NCBI GenBank assembly: GCA_038087875.1
Contig: CM075980.1
Coordinates: 30,380,001 to 30,444,000 of the forward strand
Source: Malacoraja senta
Lineage: Eukaryota
Reading direction: 5' to 3'
Length of the DNA stretch: 64,000 nucleotides
Below, one piece after another: positions 24,365 through 37,449 of this stretch. The position numbers and the translations under genes are program-made. The notes under the pieces were generated by a model. The model was not told where the DNA came from and ran no database searches. It saw nothing but the letters and a program-made list of their open reading frames with translations. Every line of letters starts with the position of its first letter. The stretch's first letter is position 1.

Positions 24365-25090
24365 TGATGGAAGCTGCGATCTTAAAGAATGTGTCCACAG
24401 TCAATGTTCATGTTGTTTGGTTGTATGCTAACCAAACAGAATGAGATGCCGTTCTTCAAGTTCACGTGTGGTCTCTCACTGATGCTAGAGGCAGCCAAGT
24501 GCAGATATGTCAGTATGGAGATAGGAAGTGGAATTGAAGTGGCAAGCAATCGGTAGCTCCAGCTACCCTGCCGGATAGAGCACACGTGTTTGTTGAAGCG
24601 ATCGCCTTGTGTATGAGGGTCTAATCAATATAGAGGCACTCATTCCCGCTAAGGTAGCCTTCAACCCAACGGTATGAACTTTGAACCCTCCAATTTCAGG
24701 CACACCCCTCCCCGCACTTTGTATCTCTCCAACTCTCCCCATACCCCATCTACCAGTTAATATCCCCCCCCCCCCCTGCACATCACCCATTCCTCTCCAC
24801 TCCAGGCCCCCATTTTTCTTTCCCACCTGTCCATCATCCCTCCTTCTGGTTCAACATTTCACTCCCCACCATCCTTCCTCAGCAGATTCCACCATCTGTA
24901 CTCGTTTGTCTTCTTCACTTCATCACTTACCATCTCCAGCCTTCTCTCCCCCACCCAATTCATCTGCCAATTCATGCCCCTCTACCTCGCTTTACCTATC
25001 AGTTGCCAACTCTTGACCCATCCTTTCTCCCCTCTCCTCCACTCCACTCCGAGAGTTAAAGAAGGATCCCAACCTGAAACAATGCTGCAT
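24365..25090. mobile_element. Old PLE fragments in inverted arrangement
   Basis: Minus-strand endonuclease C-terminus (QPNNMNID), then plus-strand caacccaacggtatgaac and a pyrimidine-rich 3' UTR. Confidence 0.55.
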
Positions 25091-25692
25091 CTCACCTCCA
25101 ACAAGCTTCTTGTTGGACAACATCCAATCAACAAGACAAATGGAAACTTGCTTAACCCCAGAAACAAGTTCAACCTAAACTCCGTTATTGGGCGACATTA
25201 CACGTGCAAGAATGTAGACCGAGTGCCAGAACCCAATTCACTCATTCTCTGAATCACACAACAGCCAAGGTCGTGTACAACCTTTGCAAAGAGAAAATGA
25301 CTTCTGTCTCAACTGTGAAACATCAGCCCCCAATAATCAAAGGTCATGATGAGACCAAAGAAACGGAGGATTACTTATTTCATTCTGGAAGCCATGTCTC
25401 AATGAATGCAAACATTCACTATTACCTTCAGTACAATGCAACCTTTGACTGTCTGATCAACACCTAAAATCTGGTATGACGTTCATAGTCGACCATGATC
25501 CACACTTTACTGCATGCTTTTGAGACATGGAATATCTTCAGCAGGCACCTCAAAGCCCAAGAGAGATTCTGCCAACAATGCCTTGGTAAAATCCTCCAAC
25601 TCCACTGCCAGAATAAGCAAACCAACATCTGGGCCAATATCATTGGATTAAGCCTTTATTATAATTTTAGTCAACTCTGAAGGGCAGTCCAC

Positions 25693-26310
25693 TTTCAGAA
25701 TCAGATTTTATTCGCCAAGTATGTTTTGCAACATACGAGGAATTTCAATGGCCAGGTCAGTCATACAATTAAAAGCAATAGATTCAAAAACATATTTAAC
25801 ATGAACATCCACCACAGTGACTCCTACACATTCCTCACTGTGATGGAAGGCGAAATAAAGTTCAAGTCTCTTCCTTTGTTCTTCCTTGGTCGGGGGCCTC
25901 GAGCCCTCCGTTGACGGGACGGTCTTAACTCCCGTAGCCGGCGGCAATCGGGCCCTCGGCGTCGAGGCATTCAGCTCCTGCATCGGGGGGTTGTCAGCTC
26001 CCCCGCGCCGGGCGATCGAACCTCGCGTCGGGGCTGGTCGAACCTTCTGCGACGTTGGAGCTCCCGACTAGCCTCTCCCGAGACTGCGAGCCCTTGATGG
26101 TAAGTCCGCAGGCCGCGGTGGGAGCGATCACAGGCAAGGGATCCGCTCCGATGGTAAGTCCGCGCCCCGCGGTGGGGCTCACGACAGTCCGAGGCGACTC
26201 CCAGCTCCAGCGTTGGTAGGCCGCAGAGCCTGGAGAATGTGATCCAAAACTTGATCACATCTCCAGGAAGGTAAGATATTGAAAAAAAGTTTCCCCCGAT
26301 CCCCTCCTTC
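25693..26310 (-). mobile_element. Non-autonomous retroelement or LINE 3' UTR: GC-rich body plus a Rex1-like 3' tail
   Basis: The reverse complement ends aaattcctcgtatgttgcaaaacatacttggcgaataaaa-(tctga)n, similar to the Rex1 tail at 23913-23946. CpG-rich interior. Confidence 0.5.
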
Positions 26311-26690
26311 ATTGACATGCCCAACATTATACTTATCAGTCACCTGAAAACTGGAGCTGAAGAAAGTCATCTTTGAATCAGAGACCATGCAAGAATACTA
26401 CTGAATCCATTTACAAGTTTATAAACTGACTGATATTGTGCTATTATTGTAAAGACAATTACAATCAAATTTAACCTCATTACTAAAATAATTGGGCACT
26501 CAAAACCACTCACACGTTGTATATTTCAAGTTATGTTTTAAGGCAAAAATTTCAAACAGATTCAGAAAATTTCCTGAAACTGAACGGACAACAAATTTGA
26601 ACTTACTTAGGATGAAGCCCATGATTATAAAAGCCAAGCCTGTCTCAGAGAGTTGCACAGTATTTGTGTTATTCCTATAGAGAAAAATTA

Positions 26691-27297
26691 CCGTATTTCC
26701 CGGCAATGAAGACGCTATTTTTTACCCAGAAATAAGGCACGAAAATTTACCTGCGTCTTGGAGGCCGAAGGTTAGGTTGTTAGCCAAGAAAGATAGACTT
26801 GGCTATCTCTCAGTACAGCAACATCAAGAAAGATGTTGCTGTACTGAGGGATAGCCAAGTCTATCCCTCATTGCTGGCAGCTGATGGGAAGCGGCTGTAA
26901 AAAGACAGCGTCCTGGGGGGGGGGGGGGGGGAAGAGTTCCTTTCACAGCGTGTGGGGAGTCTGGCCCGGGTCAGCACGGATTGGGCTGCACAAATTGGCT
27001 GGGCTGCCAGGGGTAAAGTTGCGGGGGGGCAGGAGCGTTGAGAAGGAGGGGGTCGGGGATCATGCCAGCAACTCACTCACTGCTGCCGTGGCGCTCCAGG
27101 CGCGGAGCCACCGCATTGTGGCCGGGGAGGGAAGTAGCTCAGGTGGCTGCGAGCGGCCGTCGGGAGCAGATAGCAGAACCGGCCGCCAACTCAGCGCCTT
27201 CTGCCAGCTACGGTGTCCTTCGGCAAAGGCGCAACCGGTGGAGGTGGTGGTTGGTGGGTAGCTACTGGGCGGAAGGCTGGCTGCTCCGTCCCGGGCT

Positions 27298-27337
<40 letters not shown>

Positions 27338-27567
27338 GTGCCGGGGCAGGTGATCTGGGCGCTTCAGCCAGTCACGGGGCAGGCGATTTGGGAACTGCAG
27401 CCAGTCCCGGGGACGCAAGGGATCTGGGAACTGCAGCAAGTCCCGGGGCACACAGGCGATGTTGCCGACCCCTGGACTATACCAAACCCTCGATCCTGTC
27501 CCGCCATCCTTTTCTCAAAATTTAGCTACTTAAATTGGAGGTACGTCTTCATTACCAGGAAATACTG
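26691..27567. mobile_element. TcMar-Tc2-type non-autonomous DNA transposon (MITE), copy 1
   Basis: TA|CCGTATTTCCCGGCAATGAAGACG ... CGTCTTCATTACCAGGAAATACTG|TA. Paralogous to 38523-39382. Confidence 0.85.
27302..27334 (+). repeat. (CT)n microsatellite inside the MITE
   Basis: Read directly from the sequence. Confidence 0.95.
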
Positions 27568-28284
27568 TACATTGCTCAAAATAACTTTAGTCTATCAAAT
27601 GGTTGCTCAAATATAACTCAACTGAATTTGTCCAGCATCCAAGAGCTCCAACTCCTGAAATCTTAGTTGAAATCGAGCATTTTAGCTGCTTATTTTAACT
27701 AATTCAATTTATTTTGCTGATGTTTCCAAAAGCAATTTGACATTTGGAAAACATAATTTTGTATTGAAAAATAACCAAGGAGTTTACAATGATCGGCAAT
27801 AAAAAGATCAAGTAATTCGGCCCTAGAGGCTGAATACTCAGATTACAACCCAAGCATGGCTCACAGACATGAAGCCAAATCATGCTGAACGTGGTCCACT
27901 TTGCATTCACTTCCCAAACTCGCCCCACAGTTATAGTTAACTTTTGTGGCTATCAGACTCCCAGTGATCCACTGCCCTATCAAAAATAGAGCAGTTCATA
28001 AACAGTAACTCAGCCACAGATGGTGGATACTAAGGTCCCTTCCACAAACTGCCCTGATGGCCTTACAATACTAATGGCAGATGCCTTTTATACTACTATT
28101 TCCAAATATCTCAAAAGATCTACAAATCTGCTTCCCAATGTTATCAAGTTAGTATGATTTAAAATTTAAAATTATTAAAAGCCTATGTGCCTGTGATTTA
28201 AACCAATCCTTGTGTTTGTACATAATAAGATGTCACATTGTTCTTCTGAAAGCACTGTTTCTGCCTGTAGCATTCTACACTTAC

Positions 28285-28476
28285 CTACAATAACCTCAAC
28301 TGCAACAGGGAAGTCATCATCACAATCCATCTCCTCTTCCTCTTTTAGTTCTTTTTTCTTCAATACCATAGGGTAGAAGTATTGCCATTCTTCTATCAAT
28401 TTTCTTGTAGCTGGATCTGACATCTTGTATGTCTGGCCTGTAAGCGTGCCGTTCAGCCCAAATGGACTAATAATGA
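28285..28476 (-). CDS. MED13L: MED13L exon 6 (192 nt): [64 protein letters not shown]
   Basis: Overlaps ORF 28175..28423(-). Acceptor tttttgcag, donor TAG|gtaagt. Confidence 0.95.
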
Positions 28477-29527
28477 CTGCAAAAATGATAAGATGTGCAA
28501 TAATTGTTCTGGTACTTGCGCCAAATGTGACTCAAAACAGAAACATCAAAAAATAGAAATTGGTTCCATAAATAAAGCCAGAGCATAAGATAATCCAATT
28601 TTCAAAAATGTTAGGAACAGGCTTCTGAGATAACCTGTGCATAAGTTTAGCATCAGCATGAAATAAGCACGTTTTATCAGGCTACTGACTTTCCACTTCA
28701 AACCAACAAATTTCGGCCGCCTTTCAAAGCAATCCCTTCCTATCTTTCGCCACGACTTAAGGCTGGCCAGGTTGTATACACCCATGGCATCCTACCCCGA
28801 ATGGTTTTCAAATATCTTTTTCAGTCCTAATGCCTCATATTTCCTACTTTCACATTTCTGAAGATTTCATACAACCCTTGTCCCATTCTGTTTGTACAAA
28901 ACTCGATCAAATCCAAAATTCGTATCATTTCCATTACAATCCCTTACACGTTCCACTCATTTATCACCGGCTATTGGTTTCTGGATCAGTGGACTTGGTG
29001 AATCCCTTTCTCAGTTAAACCCACCATTCTTTTTCTTTTTCCATTCTTGCATTTTTTTCTTGAATGGGTCTTGTGGATATTTCACGTTGCCTCACCGTAG
29101 TCAAGCATGCCTATAACGGTCTCTGCTTAATGCCCCAAAACCTCCATCTGCTCTCTTCAAAATCCTATCATATAACCAGGGCTTTGGTTCATTCTCCTAA
29201 ATTTTCTCTCCCTCCAGCCTGTTTCTACTTTAATACTTTACAGGTGCTTTAGCTTATAAAACATGCAATATACTCAATATATGGCCTTGGTATAATACCA
29301 TAAGCTTTCGCCCATGGCAGCTTTAATACAGCAACAAGTTTTTAAATGAACATGTGCCGAATGAATAGGGACTTTGGTCATTGAAAACTATTCAGAATGG
29401 AACTGGTGAGTTTAGTTCTTTCTGTCCAATATAATAAGTTGATAATAAATTAATTTGCAAATCATTATTAACAGCACTTTATTCTGGACAGATTAACAGG
29501 ATGTAGAAAACTAATTTTGTAACTCAC

Positions 29528-29673
29528 CTTGAAAAGGTGTGGCTGATGATAGTGCTACATTGATGTGCTCTTCATTGACGAGGTACACGGGTTGGTGTTG
29601 GGCAATCTCAACACTTGTACAGACATTGCTCTCTCCATGCAGAAAGAAGGTGAAGGAACAGGAAAGGTGTTCA
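29528..29673 (-). CDS. MED13L: MED13L exon 5 (146 nt): [48 protein letters not shown]
   Basis: Lies within ORF 29511..29918(-). Acceptor tttgcag, donor AAG|gtgagt. Phase is compatible with exons 4 and 6. Confidence 0.95.
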
Positions 29674-29984
29674 CTGCAAAAGATCAGAAAATAGTGATTA
29701 TATGCATAAAGGTGCACAGATTTGTATGAACAGAAAAACCAATTTTGAGAACAGATAACTATAATGAATTCATTATTCACATATCTTTCACAGGAACATA
29801 TTGCAATGTTGTAAAAATTATTGCAAATATTTGGATGCAGCAGCCAGATGTAATGCTCTTGTAGATGGTCATGGTTCTTTAGCAAAAAGCAATACAAAAG
29901 TAATGAACCGTGTTGCACAAAATGAATATCAAATTTATTTCATGGCTTCATGAATCAAATGCAGCATACAAAAGTATACATCTA

Positions 29985-30825
29985 CCAAATCTTTTCCTGC
30001 TACATCGACGACTGTACCTGGTCCTCAAATTCATTTGGACTATCTCTAACACCTCTCTACCCTTTCTAGATCTGTCTCCATAACTACAAACCCTCCAACT
30101 CTACACTTCCTCCAATCCTACCTCTTGCGAGATCAATTGTAGACAATGCAACCATTTTGCCAAACACGCGCTCAGTCCACCCAGACCTGCTGCATCTCCC
30201 TGTATCTGACCATTTTGACTCGCCTTCATATTCCCATATTGATATTTCCATCTTGGACCTCCTCAATTGTCAGAGTTAAGCCATACTCAAACTGGAGGAA
30301 CAATGGCTCATATTCTACTTGGAGTAGCTTTTTATCCAACTGTATGAAGATTGAATTCTCCAAATTTAGGTGAGTAATATACAAGCACCCCTCCCCCCTC
30401 CTTCTCCCATCATTTAACCCCTCTTCCCTGCATCCTAAACACATTTGCACCCATTTCTAGTCTTCCCCCTCTCCCGATCCCCTTTCACCCTGTATTCCTT
30501 CCTATGGACTCACAATTTTCACCTCTTCTACCTTGTCTTACTATTGTCTTTTCATCTCTGGCCCTCAACCAACCATCTGCCTATCAAACCATTTTCTTCA
30601 CCTGCATCCATCTATCACTTTCCAAGCTTTGTCCAGCTCCCCCTACACCCCCCGCCCTCTCTTTCAATTATCTCTCCATCCCCCCAACCCAAACAGTTTG
30701 AGGGCCCCAATCAGAAACATCACCTATGCACCTTCCCAGAGATGCCTCTTGATTCACTGAGTTACCCCAGCACTTTGTCTCTTTTTTTTTGTAAACCAAA
30801 ATCTGCAGTTCCTTGTGTCTCTATA
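29985..30825 (+). mobile_element. Old Penelope-like element remnant
   Basis: YIDD-like tacatcgacgac, an endonuclease C-terminus (aaactggaggaacaa), a pyrimidine-rich UTR and the PLE 3' end. Confidence 0.65.
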
Positions 30826-31461
30826 CTGTTTTGCAACCTTTTTTTAAATGTCTAATTTAGTTGTTAAATTACAAACTTTGAAATGTACAAAGTTAAATGC
30901 AAGTGCCAAAATATGCTGGTGCAAGGCACAGCAGGACTTTGTAGCTGATTCTGACATTATATCAAGTTATAATTTCTAACAGTGGAACTTAGTATTCTTT
31001 CTAAATTTCAAAAGGCAGTTCTTTTGCAGCTGTGCTTGATTCTCAAATTCTAAGACTCAAAGTTTGAAAAGCCCTGTTCATTAAATCTGGCAAAAATTCA
31101 AACCTTAAACTAGTAAAACATTTCTAACATATGCTAATTTGTTCAGTTCAAGAGACAGATTTACTACAGTCAATAGGTTTGGAATTTAATATTGTGCCTG
31201 TTATGAGCAACTGTTGCTATGTTCATGCCGGCATTTCTGGAAATAGTGATAGGACTCGGAATGAAAAACAAATCCTAGCCACAAGAAGTTTTACTGTAGA
31301 ATTGTGTAATAGACATACAAGATTTAATTATTTTAGCGACAGACAGTGGCCAGCATAATCATTGCCAAAGCAACTCAAAAATCAAAATATTTAAGGAAGT
31401 CAAAAGGTGAAGGAGGACTTGCTTAATTTCCAAATACTAACCCACCCCTCCCATGTGTATA

Positions 31462-31734
31462 CAGTGCCTTCCATAATGTTTGAGACAAAGACCCATCATT
31501 TATTTATTTGCCTCTGTGCTCCACAATTTGAGATTTGTAATAGAAAAAAAATCACAAAAAACACTGCTGTAATTACAGTGAAACCAAACAGTATAAAACT
31601 GGCCTTTATTAAAATCTGACAATGTGCACTTTAACCATATGTGATTTTTTTTCTATTACAAATCTCAAATTGTGGAGTACAGAGGCAAATCAATAAATGA
31701 TGTGTGTTTGTCCCATACATTATGGAGGGCACTG
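31462..31734. mobile_element. Tc1-family MITE with ~85-bp TIRs
   Basis: TA|CAGTGCCTTCCATAATG ... CATTATGGAGGGCACTG|TA. Confidence 0.85.
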
Positions 31735-31975
31735 TATGATCAAAGATAATTCGCAATCATGAACATCTGACGTTACAATCAGTCCAGTCTTATTTTTGTA
31801 TTACCATCCTACAGGGAAGCCACACTTACATCTTCATAAAATGCCGGTGTGTATTTATTATTGAAAGTGATCTAAATTAACACTAAAGTTAACGATCTAT
31901 TTGGAAAAGAAAAACACTTTTTAAAGAATACCAATGCATTTCTTTACAAATGCTGAAGTTTAAGGCATTAATTGT

Positions 31976-32093
31976 ATGTGTAGGAAGGAACTGCAGATGC
32001 TGGTTTACATCGAAGATAGACACAATGCTAGAGTAAAACTGCGGGACAGGCAGCATCTCGGGAGAGACGTTTCAGGTCGAGACCCTTCTTCAG
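31976..32093 (-). mobile_element. Single-arm PLE end with an intact hammerhead core (32066-32093) on the MED13L sense strand
   Basis: The minus strand reads CTGAAGAAGGGTCTCGACCTGAAACGTC. ATTAATT flanks both sides. Confidence 0.75.
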
Positions 32094-32306
32094 ATTAATT
32101 ATATAATTTTGCATGCAGGACAATACAAATATATCTTTAATTACAAATGTCATTCCCATTCTGCAATCAGTAAATCACAATGCAACCTACACTAATAAAA
32201 TAAATGGAATAACAATTTGATGCCCAATATTAAATCAATATCTGACATACATCCACAAGATTGCTTTTGTCAGTGGTACAACATGACACTTTCTTCTTAC
32301 AGTACA

Positions 32307-32810
32307 AAATGTTTCTTTCCTCTTTCACTTGCTACTTCAAAAAGTCAGCATTTTGACAGTATGCCAAATGCTATGTCAAATAATTTTCTCTCTGAAGTAA
32401 TTTTACGTGACATTCAATGCAAGGATCATGTAAGATTCATTGACTGCCCAAAACCCAAATAACTTCACACTGCTGGGCGAGTAACTATTCTAAACAAGAA
32501 TCTAGTTTATATCGAAACAAAACAGCCCGCAGGCCAACTATGATTGCACAGTCCGGACTGTGCAATCATAGTTGGCCTGCGGGCTGTTTTGTTTCGATAT
32601 AAATAGATTCTTGTTTAGAATAGTTACTCGCCCAGCAGTGTGAAGTTATTTGGGTTTTGGGCAGTCAATGAATCTTACATGATCCTTGCATTGAATGTCA
32701 CAGTAACAATTACTACAGACACGAGAAAAATTATTTGACATAGCATTTGGCATACTGTCAAAATGCTGACTTTTCTTGAAGTAGCAAGTGAAAGATCGAA
32801 AGAAACATTT
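32307..32810. repeat. Spacer-less near-perfect palindrome (arms 248 and 256 bp) centred at 32554/32555
   Basis: ...gattgcacagtcc|ggactgtgcaatc...; the arms are complementary out to aaatgtttctttc / gaaagaaacattt. Confidence 0.97.
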
Positions 32811-35399
32811 AAAGAGACGTCCAAATAGAATTTAGACTCAGCTAATCAAACGATTATGTCTTAACTTCAAGAGGACTCTTCACTTCCACCAATCCAGATT
32901 TATATCATTACTTGAAACTCGCCAAAGCCATTTCAGTATAACAAAGAACAGTGAAACTGAATGAACACGAGTCAAGATATTCTGGTGCAACTTGTGATAA
33001 GCTATGCAAAGGGTTGGTTACTAATTATACTGGAACATGGCTCATGCAGAGTGCCACCTGCTGTGTCAGGCATTCATTAAATAATATCAGATCCTTCTTG
33101 AAACTAAATATTTACTTGGTTAAAGCGCTGATCGTGGAGAAAAAAAAAATACAAATTTATTCCAGTGAATACCAGCAATCAAACACACCTCCTCAAATGC
33201 ACCAAATCTTAGATTTACGATCTCTTAAAACCAACTGAATGTGGACTATAACAAATACAAGGAAACACAAACAATATTAACTGGTTTATTGAGTTTAAAC
33301 AGTTTTGTAAAAGATCGGTGTTTTACAAGACAAAAGCCAACAATTTCTTCATGAACAGGGCACATTAGTAACAAGCAGAGGACTCCATCTTTGTATTATG
33401 ATGACAAGAGAAATGAAAAGATGTAATCAGAACAATGAAGAGTTCCTCAAAGGTAAATCCTCAAAATTCATTCAGGACTGATCCAAAATTAATCATATGT
33501 TAAATTTTGAAGCATGTGAAATTAATAATCTTTGACACCAGCTTATAAGAGGTCAAAGGCATTCCGAGAACAAAATGGAACAAGAAATAAAACCAGCAAC
33601 ATAAAGGAAGAGACGGAATATCACATATAATTCACAATCGCCATTTATGTCTGTCTTGTGCTATGCAAGTACCATGGCACCAATTACCAGCCAAGCTGTG
33701 TACGATCGCACAAACTAGCCAAGTTATTTTGAAAATTTACAATGAATGAGAAACAGGCTGCATGCATTATTTTAGGTAAAAAGGCGTCATTGTTTCTTGA
33801 CCAGAGCTCCAGGCTTTAGAACTGTCAAAAATGTTCCTTTAATTTCCCTTGCAGTGTGCAGGTGACACTGTTTTAGCCAATTCGTGTGCAAAAAGTCAGA
33901 CTTATCGTTTTCTACCCACTTAAGCACATTGCCATAAATCAGAGTTACTCTACTTCAAAGTAATTAGAATCCTAGTCCCCCTGTTCCTATTCTGAAGTGT
34001 ACTATCCATTTGCGAGTACTGAACATCATCTTTAATTTATTTGCATCACATACAAGCCTATGTCGTCCTCCACTAATCTTTCTTTTAATTTCACCATTAT
34101 CAATTATATCAGCAGCAATGAATATCGTCCTCTGTCCTATCTAAATCACAAATGCAAACAAGATGTCACAGGAACAATCCCCAAGGCAAATTATTCCCAC
34201 AACACAATATAAATAAAAGTATCATTTTCATACTCTGCTCAAGCCATACTGCAAGATTCATTGAGAACATGGAATAATTTAGAATCATTATAGCACAGGA
34301 AGCGACTATTTGGCCGATCAAATCCATGCCAGCTCTGCAGAGCAATTCAGTGTTCCTATCCCAACTCTACCCTTGCAGTGGTGCATGTTTATTTCACTCG
34401 TGCCCATCCAACTTCCTTTTTCAATTATTGATCATTTCCAATTCCACCATATGCAGAGGTTGCATATTCCAGGTCATGGTTATTTGTTGCAAGGAAAGTC
34501 TATTCATGTCCCCTCGGTATCTCTGGTGCAATCTGTGCCTCTTATCCTGTTCCACGTGCTAGTAAGAGCCCTTCTTTGTCTCAGTTCAGTTTAGTTTATT
34601 GTCACATGTACCGAGGTACAGTGAAAAGCTTTTGTTCTGCGCTAACCAGTCAGTGGAAAGACAATAAATGATTATAATCGAGCCATCCACAGTGTAGTTA
34701 GTTCAATGATAAGGGAATAACGTTTTGTGCGAGATAAAGCCAGATTATCCGATCTACCTTAAGACACACCTTTTATAATCTTGTACCCATGCCAGCCAAT
34801 TCCCCTCCCCGCCATATCACCCCAATCCTTAAACAATTTGTCTTCCAATAAGATTAACTGCAGCATTGGGTGCAATTTGATAATTGAAGCGTTATATACA
34901 GTAAAAGGCAGGATCTTGTGCCATCAGATGGGATTGGCTAGATTGGTATCATAGTATCGCCACCCTCCATCTCTAATCTCTACCTGCTGCAACCATGTCC
35001 TATTCTCCAAAAGTAACATATATCATATTTCTGACTTTCCAGGTCCATTATGGCCTAATCCTTAATAAAAATCTTATCTGATTCTTTCTTTGTGCAAACC
35101 TCAATAGGGTGATTGACATTGGGTTCAGTTGGTTTCAACAAGGAGTTAGAATAAATGGAGTTGAAAAGATTGCAGAAATATGTGAAAGCGCAGGTGAAAC
35201 TAATTGGAAGGCTTTCAAAGAGTTGCCAGAAACCTAATGGGTCAAAAGACCTCTTAATGTGCAGGACTATTTTACTTAATACTATCAATCTTGTGTTTAA
35301 TTCCTCAAGGATTTGGCCTCTTCTAACTTCTCCAGCCATTGCAGATATATGTTCTTTTTCCACTTCTCTCAATCCTACCAAATGTGTCGACTCCTTCAC

Positions 35400-36060
35400 T
35401 TGAAGTCAGTCAGAATAATACATGGCAGGAAGAAGCCCTTCAGCCCAAGTCAAACATCAATACTAATCTTATTTTCCAGCAGTTCCATATCCTTCTTTGC
35501 CTTGGTGATCCATGTCTTGATTGGATATTTAAATGTTGAAAGCACCTGCCTCCACTCAGTGTGTTCCAGATTCCAACAATCCGCTGGGTGAAACACATTT
35601 TTCCTCCGTTCTTCCCTCAACCACTTATCCTTTACTCCAAAACATGTGTTTTCGAATTTCGAGAGAGACCTCTGGCTTAGTGAAAAATGTTCTTCTAACT
35701 TAACTATGGCCATTTGTAAACCTTCTGTTTTTTTCCCCCCAAGATTCTCTGTTCCAAACACCACAACCTGCCTACTGTCCTTATGCTCCTCATAATTGAA
35801 ATGCTCCATCGCAGACAATAACCTGGTGGATCTCCTCTGCACTCTTTTCCATGCAATCATGTGATGACCAGAATGGTACACAGAATGCAAGCTGCGACAT
35901 AAACAATGATTTATAAACTCGTGCTAAACCTCCACACTCATGTATTCTGTGTCGCAGCTAAATAAGACAAGCATCCTAGATGTATTTTATCTCTAATTTA
36001 CACTTTTAGCATTTCATCTACTTGTATGCAGAGGTCCTTCTGACCCTACCTTTGTGTAGA
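35400..36060 (-). mobile_element. Decayed CR1-type LINE fragment
   Basis: ORF 35450..35890(-) contains the KRVQRRSTRLL remnant. Confidence 0.6.
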
Positions 36061-37449
36061 TCCTCCCATTTTTAGTTTTAAAATGCATGTGCCATTGTTC
36101 TGACCATCTTACCAACTCTTCAATGCTTTGTCCTTGCTAATATTGCCTGCAACCTCAGCTGTCTTTAACATTTTGCTCAAATTCAGTAATTTAGCAATAT
36201 AGCTTTGCTTCATATTATATTATACAAGGATGGCTTATTCCTTTTGCCTGTATATAAAGACAATTATTGTTCTTTCTGCTCATTATATGTTTTTAATCAG
36301 TGAACATTACCTGTCGCTATGATAACAAGCCTTTTAGTATTGCAAGATGGAGATATTGAATTCTGCAGTATTTTTGGCACGATGGTAAATTTGACAGCTC
36401 TTTTGCAAAATAAATGATTTATAGCAAAAGAATAGCACAATGTGGCGTTACTGCAGCTAGTAGTCAGCATATTTTATCGTTCATTGCCTTAATGCAGATT
36501 TTGAGAACGCTACACAAGTGAATCATCAAGGTTTTATGTCTTTGCTTTAATTTTAGCTCAGAAATAAATTTTGGGCTTCAGTAAACCTTTTCCTGACTCA
36601 ATTTGCATTTATTGAACCTCGAATTGGAAATGACAACCACTGAATGGAAAGGGACTGAAGTAGTTTCTCAAACTACAGGCTCAATTTGTATCCACTATAA
36701 CGATATATCAAAATTGAAGACATGATATTATTAAGAATACACACAAAACATTAAACAGGAGCGGGCCACCTGGCCCCTCAAGCCGGCCATGTCATTCAGT
36801 AAGATCACGGCTGATCTGCTGCAGGCTTCAACCTCTTCTGGACTGGTTTCATAACGTGCTCAATTCCCCAATCATCAAATAATTGCATCTCCTTCCTCTC
36901 TAAACTCCTCCAATGATCTAGCTCTCCAGGGTAGAGAATTTCAGATGCGATCTGTAAAGAAAAATTCCTATGCACCTCAGTTTTACCTCATCGTGTAACA
37001 ATGCCCAGCTGTTTGAAACTCCCACTGGTCAAACCATCCCAACATCTCTCTTGTCACACCCACTTAGGATCTTCTATGTTTCACTATGTTACCTCCAATG
37101 GCTGTAAATGCTTTCTTAAACAAGATGAGCACAGCACTCTGGATCACCAACAACTGTTGGAGCTTAGAAATAAAGGTCATTATGCCATTTGTCTTCCAAA
37201 TTGTCAATGGCACCTGCACGTAAATGTGGTTTTCTTTAAAAAACACTCTCACTTGAAGTGTTTCCGACTGTCAGAAATTACTGGCAAAAATGTTGTCTGT
37301 TTATCAACACGTGAAATTCTTGCTGTAAAGATAATATTCGCAAGCCTCTGATTTAAAGCACCTGCCCAAGCCAAAAATGAAGTCGTGACAATTCAAACAC
37401 ATGTGCTGGGCCCAACACCCCTACTTTCTTCCGAGTTTAAAGGGGTTAC

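Noticed and set aside
26884-27616. ORFs in the Tc2 MITEs (also 38632-39434) as a transposase
   Set aside because: There are no DDE or HTH motifs, the frames are not conserved between the two copies, and they run through G-runs and (CT)n.
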